Shown here: piece by piece, positions 1 through 11,933 of the stretch
Layout: each line of letters starts with the position of its first letter
Numbering within the stretch: the first letter of the stretch is position 1
The notes under the pieces: generated by a model
The model's database searches: none
What the model saw: only the letters and a program-made list of their open reading frames with translations
What the model was told of the DNA's origin: nothing
Made by a program: the position numbers and the translations under genes
Assembly (NCBI GenBank): GCA_964035575.1
Contig: OZ037834.1
Span: 186,001-250,000 of the forward strand
DNA length: 64,000 nucleotides
Reading direction: 5' to 3'
DNA from: Rhynchopus sp. YZ270_cl-10
Taxonomy: Eukaryota

Positions 1-119
1 CCGCTCTGATAGAGCGAGGCTCTTTTCCCCCCTTCTAAACCTTGCTCCCTTTTTTTCTCTGCAAAAGCACCCCCAGCAACGCGTCAATTCCCGATCTCTC
101 TTTTCTCTCTCTCCTTTGT

Positions 120-169
120 TTGATAAATTGATAAATTGATAAATTGATAAATTGATAAATTGATAAATT
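120..169. repeat. (TTGATAAA)n short tandem repeat, about 6 copies
   Basis: Directly visible perfect 8-mer array. Confidence 0.9.
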
Positions 170-930
170 GACAACGTGGGGTCACCTCGATTTTTTTTCT
201 CTTCTTCGTGTGATCTCCACGCAGCCCGTCACCTTCCTATATCGCGTTTCGTGGATACTGCTGCCTTTTATATATTTTTTTTAAATATACCTACAAAAGC
301 GTAGCTTAAAGGAGAAAATAGTTCCCTCAGATACGGTCGCCAATCACCCCCCCTCCAACAGGGTAATTGTGCAATCAACGGAAACATCTTTTTTTTTCCC
401 CTTTTACTTACCCTATCAGAGTTACTATTTTTGTGGGAGGTGCCCTGCGTCCGCCGGTGTACGGTGAGGCGTTTGCACTTTCAACTTCTCCTTTTTTTTT
501 GTGTGTCGATTACCCCCCCCTACTGCAAAGCGGGCCTCCTCTCCTATTTTGCTCTCTTTTAAGGATTCGTGTGAACAAAAAAAGCGTGGTCACTGCTATC
601 ACAGTGAGAGTAGTGTCTACAACCCTGTTTTTTATATAAATCTTCTTGATGACGTCGTGAAGCAAGGCCTTTCGACTCCTGTCTTAATAAACACTAGTGG
701 TGGGCTGTTTTGATGATAGTTACCTCTATCGCAATACATAATACACAATACAGCTGTACTGTGAATGTGTGTTATATTATGATAGAGCAATTATCATCAA
801 TACAGCACAAAACCACTACCAAAAAAACCCCTCCCTTCTTTTTTGCTTTCTCAAAAAAAAAAAAAAATTAGTAGGGGGGCGTTAATGTGGTAAAAAAGTG
901 AGTGGCATGTAAAAATAACTATTTATTACT

Positions 931-1418
931 TGGTGCTTCCCGGGGGGTATGCATTTCACAAATTTTCAATTCAATTCACAACTTTTCACAACTATTCACA
1001 ACTTTTCACTACCCTTTTTTCTCTCGTTGGTGAAGCTCTTAAACGCCGGCATTTGCATTTCCGGAATCCGTACGGCCAGTGGTGGGGTCAATTTGCCGAA
1101 ATGGACAAGTTCTCGTCATTTCCGCACATCACACAGTACACAGGTACACAGGTACACCACATCACGTTCTATCTTGTGAATCCCAGCGTACCCCTCAATG
1201 GGTGGGTCACCACCCCGCCCAAAAAAAAAGCACACAAAAAAAAAAAATCAATTCACAACTTTTCACAACTATTCACAACTTTTCACATTTTTTCACAATT
1301 TTTCACCACTTTTCACCAGCCTTCACAATTTTGTAGCGGTTTTCGTGTTGTGAAAATTTGTGAAAACTTGTCACATTTTGTGAAAATTTGTGAAATGCAC
1401 ACCCCCCGGGAAGCACCA
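931..1418. mobile_element. MITE with about 38-bp TIRs and a 5-bp TSD
   Basis: TGGTGCTTCCCGGGGGGTATGCATTTCACAAATTTTCA at 931 matches its inverse ending at 1418. TTACT flanks both sides (926-930, 1419-1423). Internal TTCACAA subterminal repeats. Confidence 0.8.
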
Positions 1419-2787
1419 TTACTGTAAAATAAAGTAGACTTTATTTTACGCGATATTTCCAGGTGCACGAGTGTGTATTTTTTTCCCGAGCGAAGCGAGG
1501 GAAAAAAAAATACACGAGTGCACCTGGAAATATCGAGTAAAATAGTGAAGTCTACTTTATTTTGCAGTGATAAGTTGTTTTATTTGTCTAGTAAAAACAC
1601 GATATACGCAATCCCTCTATAAAACGAATAAAATGATGTTGACCAAAGAGTGGAGGGGGTGTGGGTGGACTACTACAAAAAACAGGGGCGACATAAGGGC
1701 ACTGTTTCTCATGCAGAACAATGAACAATAAAGTGGGGAGTACCCATTTTCCCAGGTACACAGGTACACAGGTACACAGGTACACAGGTACACAGGTACA
1801 CAGGTACACAGGTACACAGGTACACAGGTACACAGGTACACAGGTACACAGGTACACAGGTACACAGGTACACAGGTACACAGGTACACAGGTACACAGG
1901 TACACAGGTACACAGGTACACAGGTACACAGGTACACAGGTACACAGGTACACAGGTACACAGGTACACAGGTACACAGGTACACAGGTACACAGGTACA
2001 CAGGTACACAGGTACACAGGTACACAGGTACACAGGTACACAGGTACACAGGTACACAGGTACACAGGTACACAGGTACACAGGTACACAGGTACACAGG
2101 TACACAGGTACACAGGTACACAGGTACACAGGTACACAGGTACACAGGTACACAGGTACACAGGTACACAGGTACACAGGTACACAGGTACACAGGTACA
2201 CAGGTACACAGGTACACAGGTACACAGGTACACAGGTACACAGGTACACAGGTACACAGGTACACAGGTACACAGGTACACAGGTACACAGGTACACAGG
2301 TACACAGGTACACAGGTACACAGGTACACAGGTACACAGGTACACAGGTACACAGGTACACAGGTACACAGGTACACAGGTACACAGGTACACAGGTACA
2401 CAGGTACACAGGTACACAGGTACACAGGTACACAGGTACACAGGTACACAGGTACACAGGTACACAGGTACACAGGTACACAGGTACACAGGTACACAGG
2501 TACACAGGTACACAGGTACACAGGTACACAGGTACACAGGTCCCATCTTCGTACAGCTCGTCCATTTTCCAGCATACTTTTTTTTTACCTGTTTTTTCGT
2601 GGTCCCTGGTGAAAAAAGTAGGGGAAACCCTCTTCTCCAGTGTGTAAAACTTTATTTTACGGAGTAAAACTTTATTTTACAGCTCCATAGAAAACCCTCG
2701 TGTGAGCTGTAAAATAAAGTCCACTTTATTTTATTCGTTTTATAGAGGGATTGCACGTATAAAGTGTTTTTACTAGACATATAAAAC
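1419..2787 (-). mobile_element. Putative non-autonomous Crypton-like element (palindrome plus inverted-repeat-bounded body)
   Basis: About 150-bp palindrome 1419-1572 with CGAGCGAAGCGAGG at the apex, adjacent to a body bounded by about 57-bp inverted repeats (1577-1633 / 2729-2787). Same layout as 16269-17539 and 53239-54317. Confidence 0.5.
1753..2540. repeat. (CAGGTACA)n satellite, about 98 copies
   Basis: Perfect 8-mer array. A short copy of the motif also occurs near 1135-1157. Confidence 0.97.
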
Positions 2788-3151
2788 TTTTTAACAAAAA
2801 AAAAACCCCCCTTACAGTTCTACTAAATCATGTGGTCAGGACGTTACGTTTCCTGACCATATCTCAACCCCCCCAAAAAAAATGCTATTTTTTTTTGTCC
2901 TTTCCCTGCAAAATAAAAACTGGCGATTGTACATGCCTATAACCAAACAAAAATTGTATTACCGCGATGCTCTCACGTGTGTGTGTTTTTATGGGTCAAC
3001 CGCCAATCCCATCGTTGGCTCTGTAATTAAGGGGTCATAACTCCTTTATATTCGGAGGATTCATTCATGCAACACCGGTGGGAATACCATTGGTCTAAGA
3101 TAGAGTGTTTTTACACCGATGTTGCATGACTGTAACTAGAAAAAAACACCA

Positions 3152-3279
3152 GGTGGTGTGATTCAGGGGGGTACGGACAACCCACGGAAGAACCACGGAG
3201 AACTGTTTCGGGCTCTATTAAGATTTGCGGAGCACCTTCGGGGGAACCACGGAGAATCCGTTTGGGTGATCACACCACC
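3152..3279. mobile_element. Small MITE-like repeat
   Basis: GGTGGTGTGAT...ATCACACCACC inverted ends and internal CCACGGAGAA repeats. A related copy starts near 13182. Confidence 0.4.
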
Positions 3280-4033
3280 AGGGTCTAAAAGATGATTTTT
3301 TTTTTTTTTTGGCTTCATTTTTCCTTCCTTTTCTAAGGTCCCCCTACTGTTTGTGATTTGGCTGTTTTTGATGATAATTACCTCAATCATAATACACAGT
3401 ACAGCTGTATTGTGAATGTGTATGTTAGGTATTATGATAGAGCAATTATCATCAATACAGCACAAAACCACTACCTACCTGTGATAATCAAATGGCAATG
3501 AGAGATGCCATTCTTCAAAAAAAAAAAAAAAAAATATTATAACCAGGGAAGTTCCTAAGTGAGACCGAGAACATGAAATTCTGGATTTTAGTTTTTTTTT
3601 CCTTTTTTTTTTTCCTTTTTTCCTTGGGGGGCTTTCTTGTGGTTTCTGGTGGGTGTCACTGTAGGTGACACACCACCAGTGTGGTGAAATGGTCGAAACT
3701 CTCAAAAGCAAGAGTTTTCAGGGGGCAAGAAAAAAAAATTGACACCAAAATCCTGCACCATCCAGGGCTGTATCCCCAATTTTTTTTGCCTGCGGCGCCA
3801 TTTTTCATTTTTTGCTCTGCAAAAAAGGGTTCGTTGGAAGCTAGATTTTTACACCGTACCCAAAATTTTTTGCCTGCGGCGCCATTTATATTATTTTTTT
3901 GCTCCGCAAAAAGAGAAGTGCAAACGCCTCACCGTTCATCGGCGGAAGCACTGGTTCCACGGGTTATCGAACCCCAGAGAGCTACCACGAGGGAGCGTAT
4001 ATGCAGGCACAAAATCACTGCCCCATCCAAATA

Positions 4034-5438
4034 CAGTGTGACACAGAATTAATGGCCGATGACGACATTTTGTAAAAATTGTTATATTATTCTAAAAAAT
4101 AGGCAAAATTTGACTCATTTCATTGCATTTTCAACTGGCCGTGTATGAAAAGTGTGTGTGTGGGGAAAATATTAACATGGAAATATCCCTTTTTGGTAAA
4201 AAAGGGTGTATGTGTAAAAAAAAAAAAATACAGTGTAGCAGTACAAACGAGTGGGTGCACAAAAATAAATAGAGCATGCATTAGTATTTTGTGTGCATTC
4301 CGTTGGAATTGCGAACTGCGTCTAGGCGTCGTGGCATTGACATGATGTAACGTGCAACGAAGCTATTGTCCATCTTGGACCATTCCTTGTTGATGGCACG
4401 TTTAAGTGCTGACACGTCTTTGGGCTCCCGTTCGTTGACTGCAGTCTGCAGCTTGGCCCACAGGTTCTCAATAGGATTGAGATCAGGGGAGTTGCCTGGC
4501 CAGTCAGCTTTAGGGAGGAACGAGAAAGGTTGGGAGGAGAGGAATGCTTGAGTAACGTTCGCAGTGTGGCAGGGTGCCCCATCCTGCTGAAACGTGTAGC
4601 TACTGTCAGGCAGGAGTTCTTTTATTTCTTTGAGCGCTTTCTGTAAGACGAGCGTACGGTACTTCTCTGCATTGAGAGCACCGTCATAGAAATAGAGCTT
4701 CGTCTTACCTCTGGTGGTGATTCCTCCCCAGACGTGAACCTTCTGCGTAGCCCTGACCTTATCAACGGTTGGGGGCGGCTCATCACCATCTGCAACCCAG
4801 ACAACATCGTTCTTCTTGCTCACCCGAGAAAAAAGCCAAAAGTCTTTTTCATCGGTGAACATCACCTTTGACCAGTCGGTGTTTCGATGCGTTTCAGCAA
4901 ACTCTATCCGGGCAGTGATGTTCTTTTCCGAGAGCTTTGGTTTGCTCTTCGTTTGAACGGGCTTCAGCCCCTTCTCCTTCAGGCACCTGCGGACACTCTC
5001 CCTCGAAATCTGTAGTCGCGACGCTACTTTCCTGCAAGACTGAAACCGCTTGCCCCGCATGTGTCTAACCACCCTATTCTTAACGGTGTCGGTGGTGGCC
5101 GATCTCTTGCGTCCCCTCCCTGGCTTGTCCGAAAAATTCCGCTCTCCAGCGCGGTACTCCTTCACCCACCTACCCAAACTCCTCTTCGCAACGTTCAGCA
5201 ACTCCGCCACCTCATCATGGCTCTTACCGCCAACAACGACTAGCGACGCTGCCTGTAGGCGCAACCCTTCCCTCGTGGCCTCAGTGTTCACTTTACCCTT
5301 AACCATTATATTTTTGCTTTTATTGTGTTCCTGGGCGTAAATATTTTATGTTTTGGGGGTGTTTTGAATATGTCCTTGTCAAAATTTGCCGTTTTTTTAT
5401 AAAATGTCTTCATCGGCCATTAATTCTGTGTCACACTG
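4034..5438 (-). mobile_element. Intact Tc1/mariner-superfamily DNA transposon
   Basis: About 45-bp TIRs (CAGTGTGACACAGAATTAATGGCCGATGA...), TA TSD at 4032-4033 and 5439-5440, one transposase ORF. Confidence 0.96.
4281..5306 (-). CDS. Tc1-like transposase, DD37E, 341 aa
   Basis: Paired-like HTH N-terminus with a GR(G)R linker. Motifs FTDEK, HVWGGI, FQQDGAPCH and WPGNSPDLNPIENLW. 37 residues between the second D and the E. Confidence 0.95.
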   Translation of the reverse strand: MVKGKVNTEATREGLRLQAASLVVVGGKSHDEVAELLNVAKRSLGRWVKEYRAGERNFSDKPGRGRKRSATTDTVKNRVVRHMRGKRFQSCRKVASRLQISRESVRRCLKEKGLKPVQTKSKPKLSEKNITARIEFAETHRNTDWSKVMFTDEKDFWLFSRVSKKNDVVWVADGDEPPPTVDKVRATQKVHVWGGITTRGKTKLYFYDGALNAEKYRTLVLQKALKEIKELLPDSSYTFQQDGAPCHTANVTQAFLSSQPFSFLPKADWPGNSPDLNPIENLWAKLQTAVNEREPKDVSALKRAINKEWSKMDNSFVARYIMSMPRRLDAVRNSNGMHTKY

Positions 5439-8423
5439 TAATATTCCCAACGTCTTTGGGGATCCCCTTGCATTTTGCAGCCAAAATGCAACTAGACCAA
5501 AGCTGCAAAAAGTTCCGCGCGCGTGTAGCGCGCCCGGATTTGGGACCCCTTTTTGAATTTCGAGGGGCGGTTAAAGTGGGCCCAGAATCACAGTTCTGAC
5601 ACTCATTTAGCATTGTGAGCAACGTACTAGTTGTCGTAACCAAAATTTGTATCAATCAAGAACTTGTCCATTTTCTCGAAATGACCCCACTACAGTGAGG
5701 GTAGAGCTCGGAAAGCCCGAAAAAGGGCAAAAAACCCCACCCAAAAAAAGGAAAAAAACGGGAACATAAATCCAGAATTTTGCTGTTTTTTCCGAGAACA
5801 AGGGGCAACCCTGATTATAACCCCCTTTGTTGTCTTTCCCCCCCCTTTTTGATCAATTTGTAAAAGCTCACAAAAAGGCATAGTTTCTGTTCCGTTCATG
5901 TTCGTTTTTTTTTTCCATTTTTTATTATATTTTTTTTTGGGTTCCTTTTAAAAAGGAACAGAGTGCTATGATACGAAAGTAATTCCTACATAAAAAAAAA
6001 GTCTTCCCCCATTGGTGCTTTCGGAAGTCGGTCAGCGATCTGTCGATATCAGGGGGGGTGTCTATAAAGTCCTTGTGTCAGTGACCTGTCAGCGACCTGT
6101 CGATGTCGACCCCTCCCGGAGCACCCATTTTGTTTGTGTTCGAAGAAGTAAGAAGGGTCACCGTTGTAAGCTCCATCCTGTCGTTCAACTGTTAATCCTA
6201 AACATTTGTCCATCCCAGAAAGCGTTGCTACTCTCAACAATGTTCGAGACGTAAACCACGAAAAAAAATGGATGCAGGGCAGCATGGGTTGGGTGTCCAC
6301 CTCCCCCCGGTACATCCGGTCATTTATACCAAATACATACTCTGTCACGAACGGGCTGTTGTATTTTCAACTCAACTTTTTTTTCGTTGACTGTGTGGGG
6401 CTGGGAGGTGGAGGGGGAGTGCAGGATACACCTACACAACACGAAGAGGGAGTCTGAGGTCTGTGGCATCTTGTGTGGAGTGTGCTGTCGATGAGTGCTG
6501 CGTGCTTCCTACCTAATAATGTGCACCCATTTTTGAGGGGTCGGAAGGTGTAGGTCATCCACAGAAGGGCGATGCCAGTGGTCGCGCTAATTATGGGAAA
6601 AAATGGGGAAAAAATGGATTTCGGGTACGGAAAAACGTTCCTTGAAAAGGTTAGCTGGGGAGGCCCGGAAACCCCGTTTTGTGGCATTTCCGGGCCAATC
6701 CCGGCTTGTGGTGGGGTATATACGGAAAAATGGACAAAATTTTAGTGACTTAAATTTCGCAAAATATGAACCCGTACTCGTAAACAAGGGTCATTTTCAG
6801 GAAAATTCGGAAAATTCCGAGATTTGGAAGCAATTTTTCTCCTGAAAATCAGTGGGTTTTCAGCCCCAAAACATACCGCGATTGGAATTTCCGGAATCCG
6901 TCCGCGCTGTGGTGGGGTCACTTTGCCGAAATGGCCAATTTTTTGGTTTTGGTCAAAATCCATGTAGGGTAAAGAGGGCCAATGTAAATCCCACAACCAG
7001 ATTTTCTCTCCCTGATCCTGACGTCTTGCAACATGAAAATGCGCGAAAACACCGGCATTTGCATTTCCGGAATTCGTCCGTTCTGTGGTGGGGTCAATTT
7101 GCCGAAATGGACAAGTTCTTGGTTTTGGTCAAAACCCGTCAGTGTAAGGTAAAGGGGGCAAGTGTTTGCCTGTAGAAACTGGAAGGGAACAGGCAGCGCC
7201 GCAGGCGCACGGTAACCAACTTTTTTTTTTTTCCTTTTCTTTTTTCTCCTCTTTCTTTTGACTTTCCGAGCCAATTGCGTTCCACGGCGGGGTCACATGT
7301 ATATGCAAGTCCACTATGTGGTGGTCTTACTCAACAATATTAGAACTTCTGGTTTCTTAATGAAATCCCCGTACTGCAAAAAAAAAAACGTTCCTACCAA
7401 AGCCCCCAAAAATCCCGGGATGAGGGATGGACTTTAGCGCGAGCTCTGGGCGATGCGGGGGGGGTTTTTTTTTTTTTTTGGTTGAGTGGAACATCTCGTA
7501 TCTGCTGCTTGTAGCACTACTTGGTAAAAAACAGCTGTTAGGAGGGGAGCTGGGTGTTTACGGGATTGCGGAGTTGTCGGGCTCTAGTGTTGGTACGGGT
7601 TGGGCGAATTGAGATATCGGGGCCTATCATGCTGTGGGTGGGGGTGGGGAATATCTGCCCTTCAACAGGAGTACAACCAGCTTGATGGTGGCTTTTGTGT
7701 GCTAAACTACTCAGGGGTGGAGGGGTTCTTCTCGAGGTGGGGAGAGAAGTGGTGCAAAGGTTTGGTGGCGAGTCTCATATCTGCTGCTTCCAGCACTACT
7801 TGGCAAAACAGCTGTAGAGGGGAGCGGAGTTATCCGAGTTGTGAGAGTTGTGCGAAGGGATTCTCGAGTGGGCGGAGGTGGTGTAAAGAAAAAAGGGGGG
7901 GTCACCAGCAAAACACACACGACTCTGTTGCTAAAGGGGGTTTGGTTGATTGATTGGCTCTCCTTTTTTTTTAAAAAGGATGGATGCATTCTCTCTTTCT
8001 CCATACCCTAGGGCTCCTCTGCAAGCATGACGTGAGAAGGAAGGGATCATGGCACGACGTCTGCTTGGATGCCAAATGAAGGGGGGGATTTTATTGTCAG
8101 GGCTGGGGGGAAGCACTCTTTTGACGGAGGAGGTGGTTAGTGGGATCGAGAGACACATCAACAGAATCCAGGTTGTTTGGGTGTACTTAGTTATTAACCT
8201 GCACCTTCAGCACTTTTATCTTATTCAGTAAAGTGGGTCTGTATAGATCATAGAAGGTTCTGTCCTCTTGCCGGCATGTGCCCCATGTGTGTTGATGGAC
8301 ACCCATTCTCCGTTGGTGCTGAGGTGAGGACACCCAGCCGGCTTGTGGTTCACCTTCCGCACCCGCTCCTCACGATTTTGTGCATCAGAGGGGAGAAAGC
8401 GCCTCACCTCCTTGCACTGGCAG

Positions 8424-8708
8424 CGATATGACCATGCGCATTTACGGTTTGTGTCAGGGAAGGACGGGCAAGGAGGTGTTGTGCTACCAGACGTCACTGT
8501 GACCGCTCCGCTTGCAGAGGAGCGGTCCTGTGTGCGTGGTGACGCGACGCTGTCGTACTTCTTCTGCACAGCGGACATCGCATTTCTTGCTAAGACGCTT
8601 GGCCTGGAGGTCCTCAGCTTAGACTACCACTGTGCGGAGACTACAAACCGCAAGACCAAAGTGACCATCAGAAAGGTCTTTGTCAACGCCGTTCTGCAAA
8701 AGCCGTGA
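8424..8708 (+). pseudogene. C-terminal fragment or last exon of a METTL2/6-like tRNA m3C methyltransferase
   Basis: RYDHAHLRF...VRGDATLSYFF...GLEV...ETTNRK...RKVFVNAVLQKP resembles the METTL6/Trm140 C-terminus. Preceded by CAG (possible acceptor). No upstream exon identified in the window. Confidence 0.55.
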
Positions 8709-8958
8709 GAAGAGGGTGCCCGCGGGCCCCAAAAAGCGACTTCATTAGTACGCGACGTAATATGTCCGCAGCCGGTAGTACATTCTTAAAGACCACCAAA
8801 ACAAAAAGAGCACAAAGCAAACACAACAACTTTCATTCAAACCCCCCAGTAACATCATACTTGTTCAAATTTAAACGACGTTTCATTTTTCACTTCAGAA
8901 CATAACCACCCTCTCCACAACCTGTACCCATCACAGATTCAGCGCGCAAACCACAACA

Positions 8959-10098
8959 ATGCGTGCCTTCCTTTTCACTCTTGCATTTGCCGCTGTGCGC
9001 GGTGCAACGCATGACTGCAGTGCGTTCACTCATCACACGTCCGGTACCGTATGCCCAAGCGGATACGAACTTGCGAGTCGCGACTACGTGGATCAGTGCA
9101 TTCTTGACATTTGCAACACAGTTGATGCGTTTTATATGTTTTCCATTGTCAAGTTCGCAGATCTGGAGCAAGCAATTTATGGCAGAGGATACGATCCAAC
9201 TTGTGGACCTCAGAAACGATACAAGGCTGTTTTTGGGGCTGCACTGTGCACACCCTTGTCCACACCTTCTCTACCTAGGCCAGCACCACCGACTCCTGTG
9301 CCCCCAACACCGTCACCACCGACACCAACGCCTGTAACTCCTTCACCACCCACTCCATCGCCACCCACACCTTCTCCACCTACGCCAGCACCACCGACTC
9401 CTGTGCCCCCAACACCGTCACCACCGACACCAGCGCCTGTAACTCCTTCACCACCCACTCCGTCGCCACCCAAACCTTCTCCACCTACGCCAGCGCCACC
9501 GACTCCTGTGCTCCCAACACCGTCATCACCTAATTGCAGTGCGTTCACTTACCACACATCCGGTTCCGAATGCCCAAGCGGATACGAACTTGCAAGTCGC
9601 GACTACGTGGATCAGTGCATTCTTGACATTTGCAACGCAGTTGATGAGTATAGTACGTGGTCCATTGTCAAGTTCGCAGAACTGGAGCAAGCAATTCTGG
9701 GCAGAGGATACAATCCAACTTGTGGACCTCAGCAACGACTTGATCCTGATTTTGGGGCTGCACTGTGCACACCCTTGCCACCACCGACTCCTGTGCCCCC
9801 AACACCGTCACCACCGACAGTCGTGCCCACAGCACTGAACAACGAAACTGACTTTGATGAAACAGATGCCCCAACGACTGCCGCACCAGAGAAGGACGAC
9901 AGCGGGACACCGGGGTGGGTGTGGGTGATGGTTGGCCTGGGCGCCGTGGTTGTGCTGGTGGTGGGCGGTGTGCTGGTGTGGTTCTTCCGTCATGGGAACG
10001 CCATGTCTCGGTGCACGTTCGACGAAATCATGCAGGCGGAAGAGGATCTCGGAGCTTCGGAGCTGCTGAACTCTGGTGTGGAAGATGCCTGCCTGTAA
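8959..10098 (+). CDS. Type I membrane/surface protein, 379 aa: signal peptide, two Cys-rich repeats, Pro/Thr linker, TM helix
   Basis: Hydrophobic N-terminus. Duplicated about 80-aa domain [24 protein letters not shown]. (PPTPS)n linker. TM segment [24 protein letters not shown]. Confidence 0.85.
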   Translation: MRAFLFTLAFAAVRGATHDCSAFTHHTSGTVCPSGYELASRDYVDQCILDICNTVDAFYMFSIVKFADLEQAIYGRGYDPTCGPQKRYKAVFGAALCTPLSTPSLPRPAPPTPVPPTPSPPTPTPVTPSPPTPSPPTPSPPTPAPPTPVPPTPSPPTPAPVTPSPPTPSPPKPSPPTPAPPTPVLPTPSSPNCSAFTYHTSGSECPSGYELASRDYVDQCILDICNAVDEYSTWSIVKFAELEQAILGRGYNPTCGPQQRLDPDFGAALCTPLPPPTPVPPTPSPPTVVPTALNNETDFDETDAPTTAAPEKDDSGTPGWVWVMVGLGAVVVLVVGGVLVWFFRHGNAMSRCTFDEIMQAEEDLGASELLNSGVEDACL

Positions 10099-11933
10099 GC
10101 TCACAACTCTTCAACGGAAGGTGGGCCGCCGGCTGTCGAGCGGTTGTTGTGTGCCGCCCTCGTTCTCTTACGGTACGGGTAAGTCTACTTTGGTTTCTTT
10201 TTTTACATCTTCTGTTGGCCGCAGGGTATTTGTGCTTTCATCCGGGGCTGGCATCGTGCAGTGGGTCAGTCGGAGGTGCCTGCACTAATAACAGTTCTGC
10301 ACCAGCATGGTTGGTTTTGCCTGGCATGAGTGGCGGTGTGTTCTTTTTAGGTTTGGGAATGCCCCCACCCACCCACCCCCCATTTTTTCTATACCTGCCC
10401 TAACTTGTGGTTTCACTGTTTTAAGCCAACAGTGAAACGACAAGTGAAGTCATTTATGGCACCGTCGCGTTCCCTTCGATTGCCCCACCCCTCCCCTACT
10501 CTTTTGTCGTCAGACTGGTATTACCGTCACATCCTTGTGGGAAGTTGTGCTGTCTGGATACTACTGTGAGATCCTTCATAGGGTTTTCGGATACTCGTAC
10601 TCTTTAGGGTTGCTTGTGGTGTGCACTTTCTGTGCATGTCTTCATGTATTCCGACTGGATCTCAGTTACTCGATGTTCTACATCATTTTTTAGGTACACT
10701 GTCACGAGAGGGCTTTGTATTTCAACTCTACATTTTTTGATAAAACAACTTGTTGTCAATTCTAAAAAGATTGGAGGCAGCGCTGCAGGGCAAACAAAAC
10801 GGATTGAAAAAAACAGAAGCTTGCTTGTTTTCTTTGAGTACTCAATTAACCACAACAACCATACTTCAGTTTAACACATTTTTTCACCTTTTTGTTTTCC
10901 CGGCTTTGAGCGCACAAAAGACCCGATCTTTTTTTTTATACTTTTCTTCCTGACTGTTAGCGAATAACACTCCCACCCACCCCCAAGAGAGAATCCTGTT
11001 TTGATTTCTTTTCATTCTCTAACACCCCCTCCCCTGCTCTTTCCTGTAGAAATCCTGTGGTACATGTACATGTATGTGTATGAACAGGGTCGATAAAGGT
11101 TTTATTTCTTGAATTATTCAAAAAAGAAGTAGAAAAAAGTATTGCGTACTGACCTTCATTCATCAAGAGTGGGTGAAAGTGATTTCAGATACAATACATA
11201 CTGATTTCAAACACCCCCCATTCACCTCTCTCGCAAGGGAGGTATCCAACCAAATTTGTTGTTGTTGTTCGTTATTTGCTTTTTTTTGTTTTTTTGTTTG
11301 TGGCTTTTCAGCAGGCTTACGATTATCCTTGCCAAACTTTTTAGGGACACGAGAGGGATTTTGTATTGCAAGTCAACTTTCCACGGTGTACCAAAGTACA
11401 CTGTCAGAGAGGCTTGTAGTTCAAGAGACCTTTTCTTTTGCTCTAATGCGATAAAGATGGTGGTCAAAGATACGCACATGAACATTCATCAGCAGTACTG
11501 CACCATTGTACCCTTCCTCTCTCTTCCCAAGCTCTGTTTTTACATCCACATTTCAAAATATTTCAGAGGAAAAACAAAAAAGAAGAAAAAATGGATCATC
11601 ACACCACACAATTCATCTAATACCACTCCCCCCTATATATCACCCATTTTGTCTTTTCCTCATCCCCTTTTTTTTTCTTGTTTCCACAAAGGAGCGTTTA
11701 GCCAAAAGAGACTCGAAGATAGTAAGTCTTGTGTACTCAGCAAAGTGAAATTTAATGGTTCTGTTTCATGTCAGATGTAACTGCGTCCCTCTTGCTCCCT
11801 CTTCACATACCCCCCAACAACCCTACAGAAAGCTTTTCTTCTTTCAAACGAAACTGTTGTTGCTCCTACACACTTCCTCGTCCCCTCTTTCCACTTTTCC
11901 ACAACCACTTCTCCTCTGTCTCCAATCTCTACC

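Noticed and set aside
1588..2647. Long ORFs on both strands (CVPVYLCT / RYTGTQVH repeats)
   Set aside because: Artefacts of the stop-free (CAGGTACA)n satellite.
7430..7880. Duplicated degenerate segment (about 7494 and 7773) as a gene
   Set aside because: No sustained ORF or recognisable motif; probably a decayed repeat.
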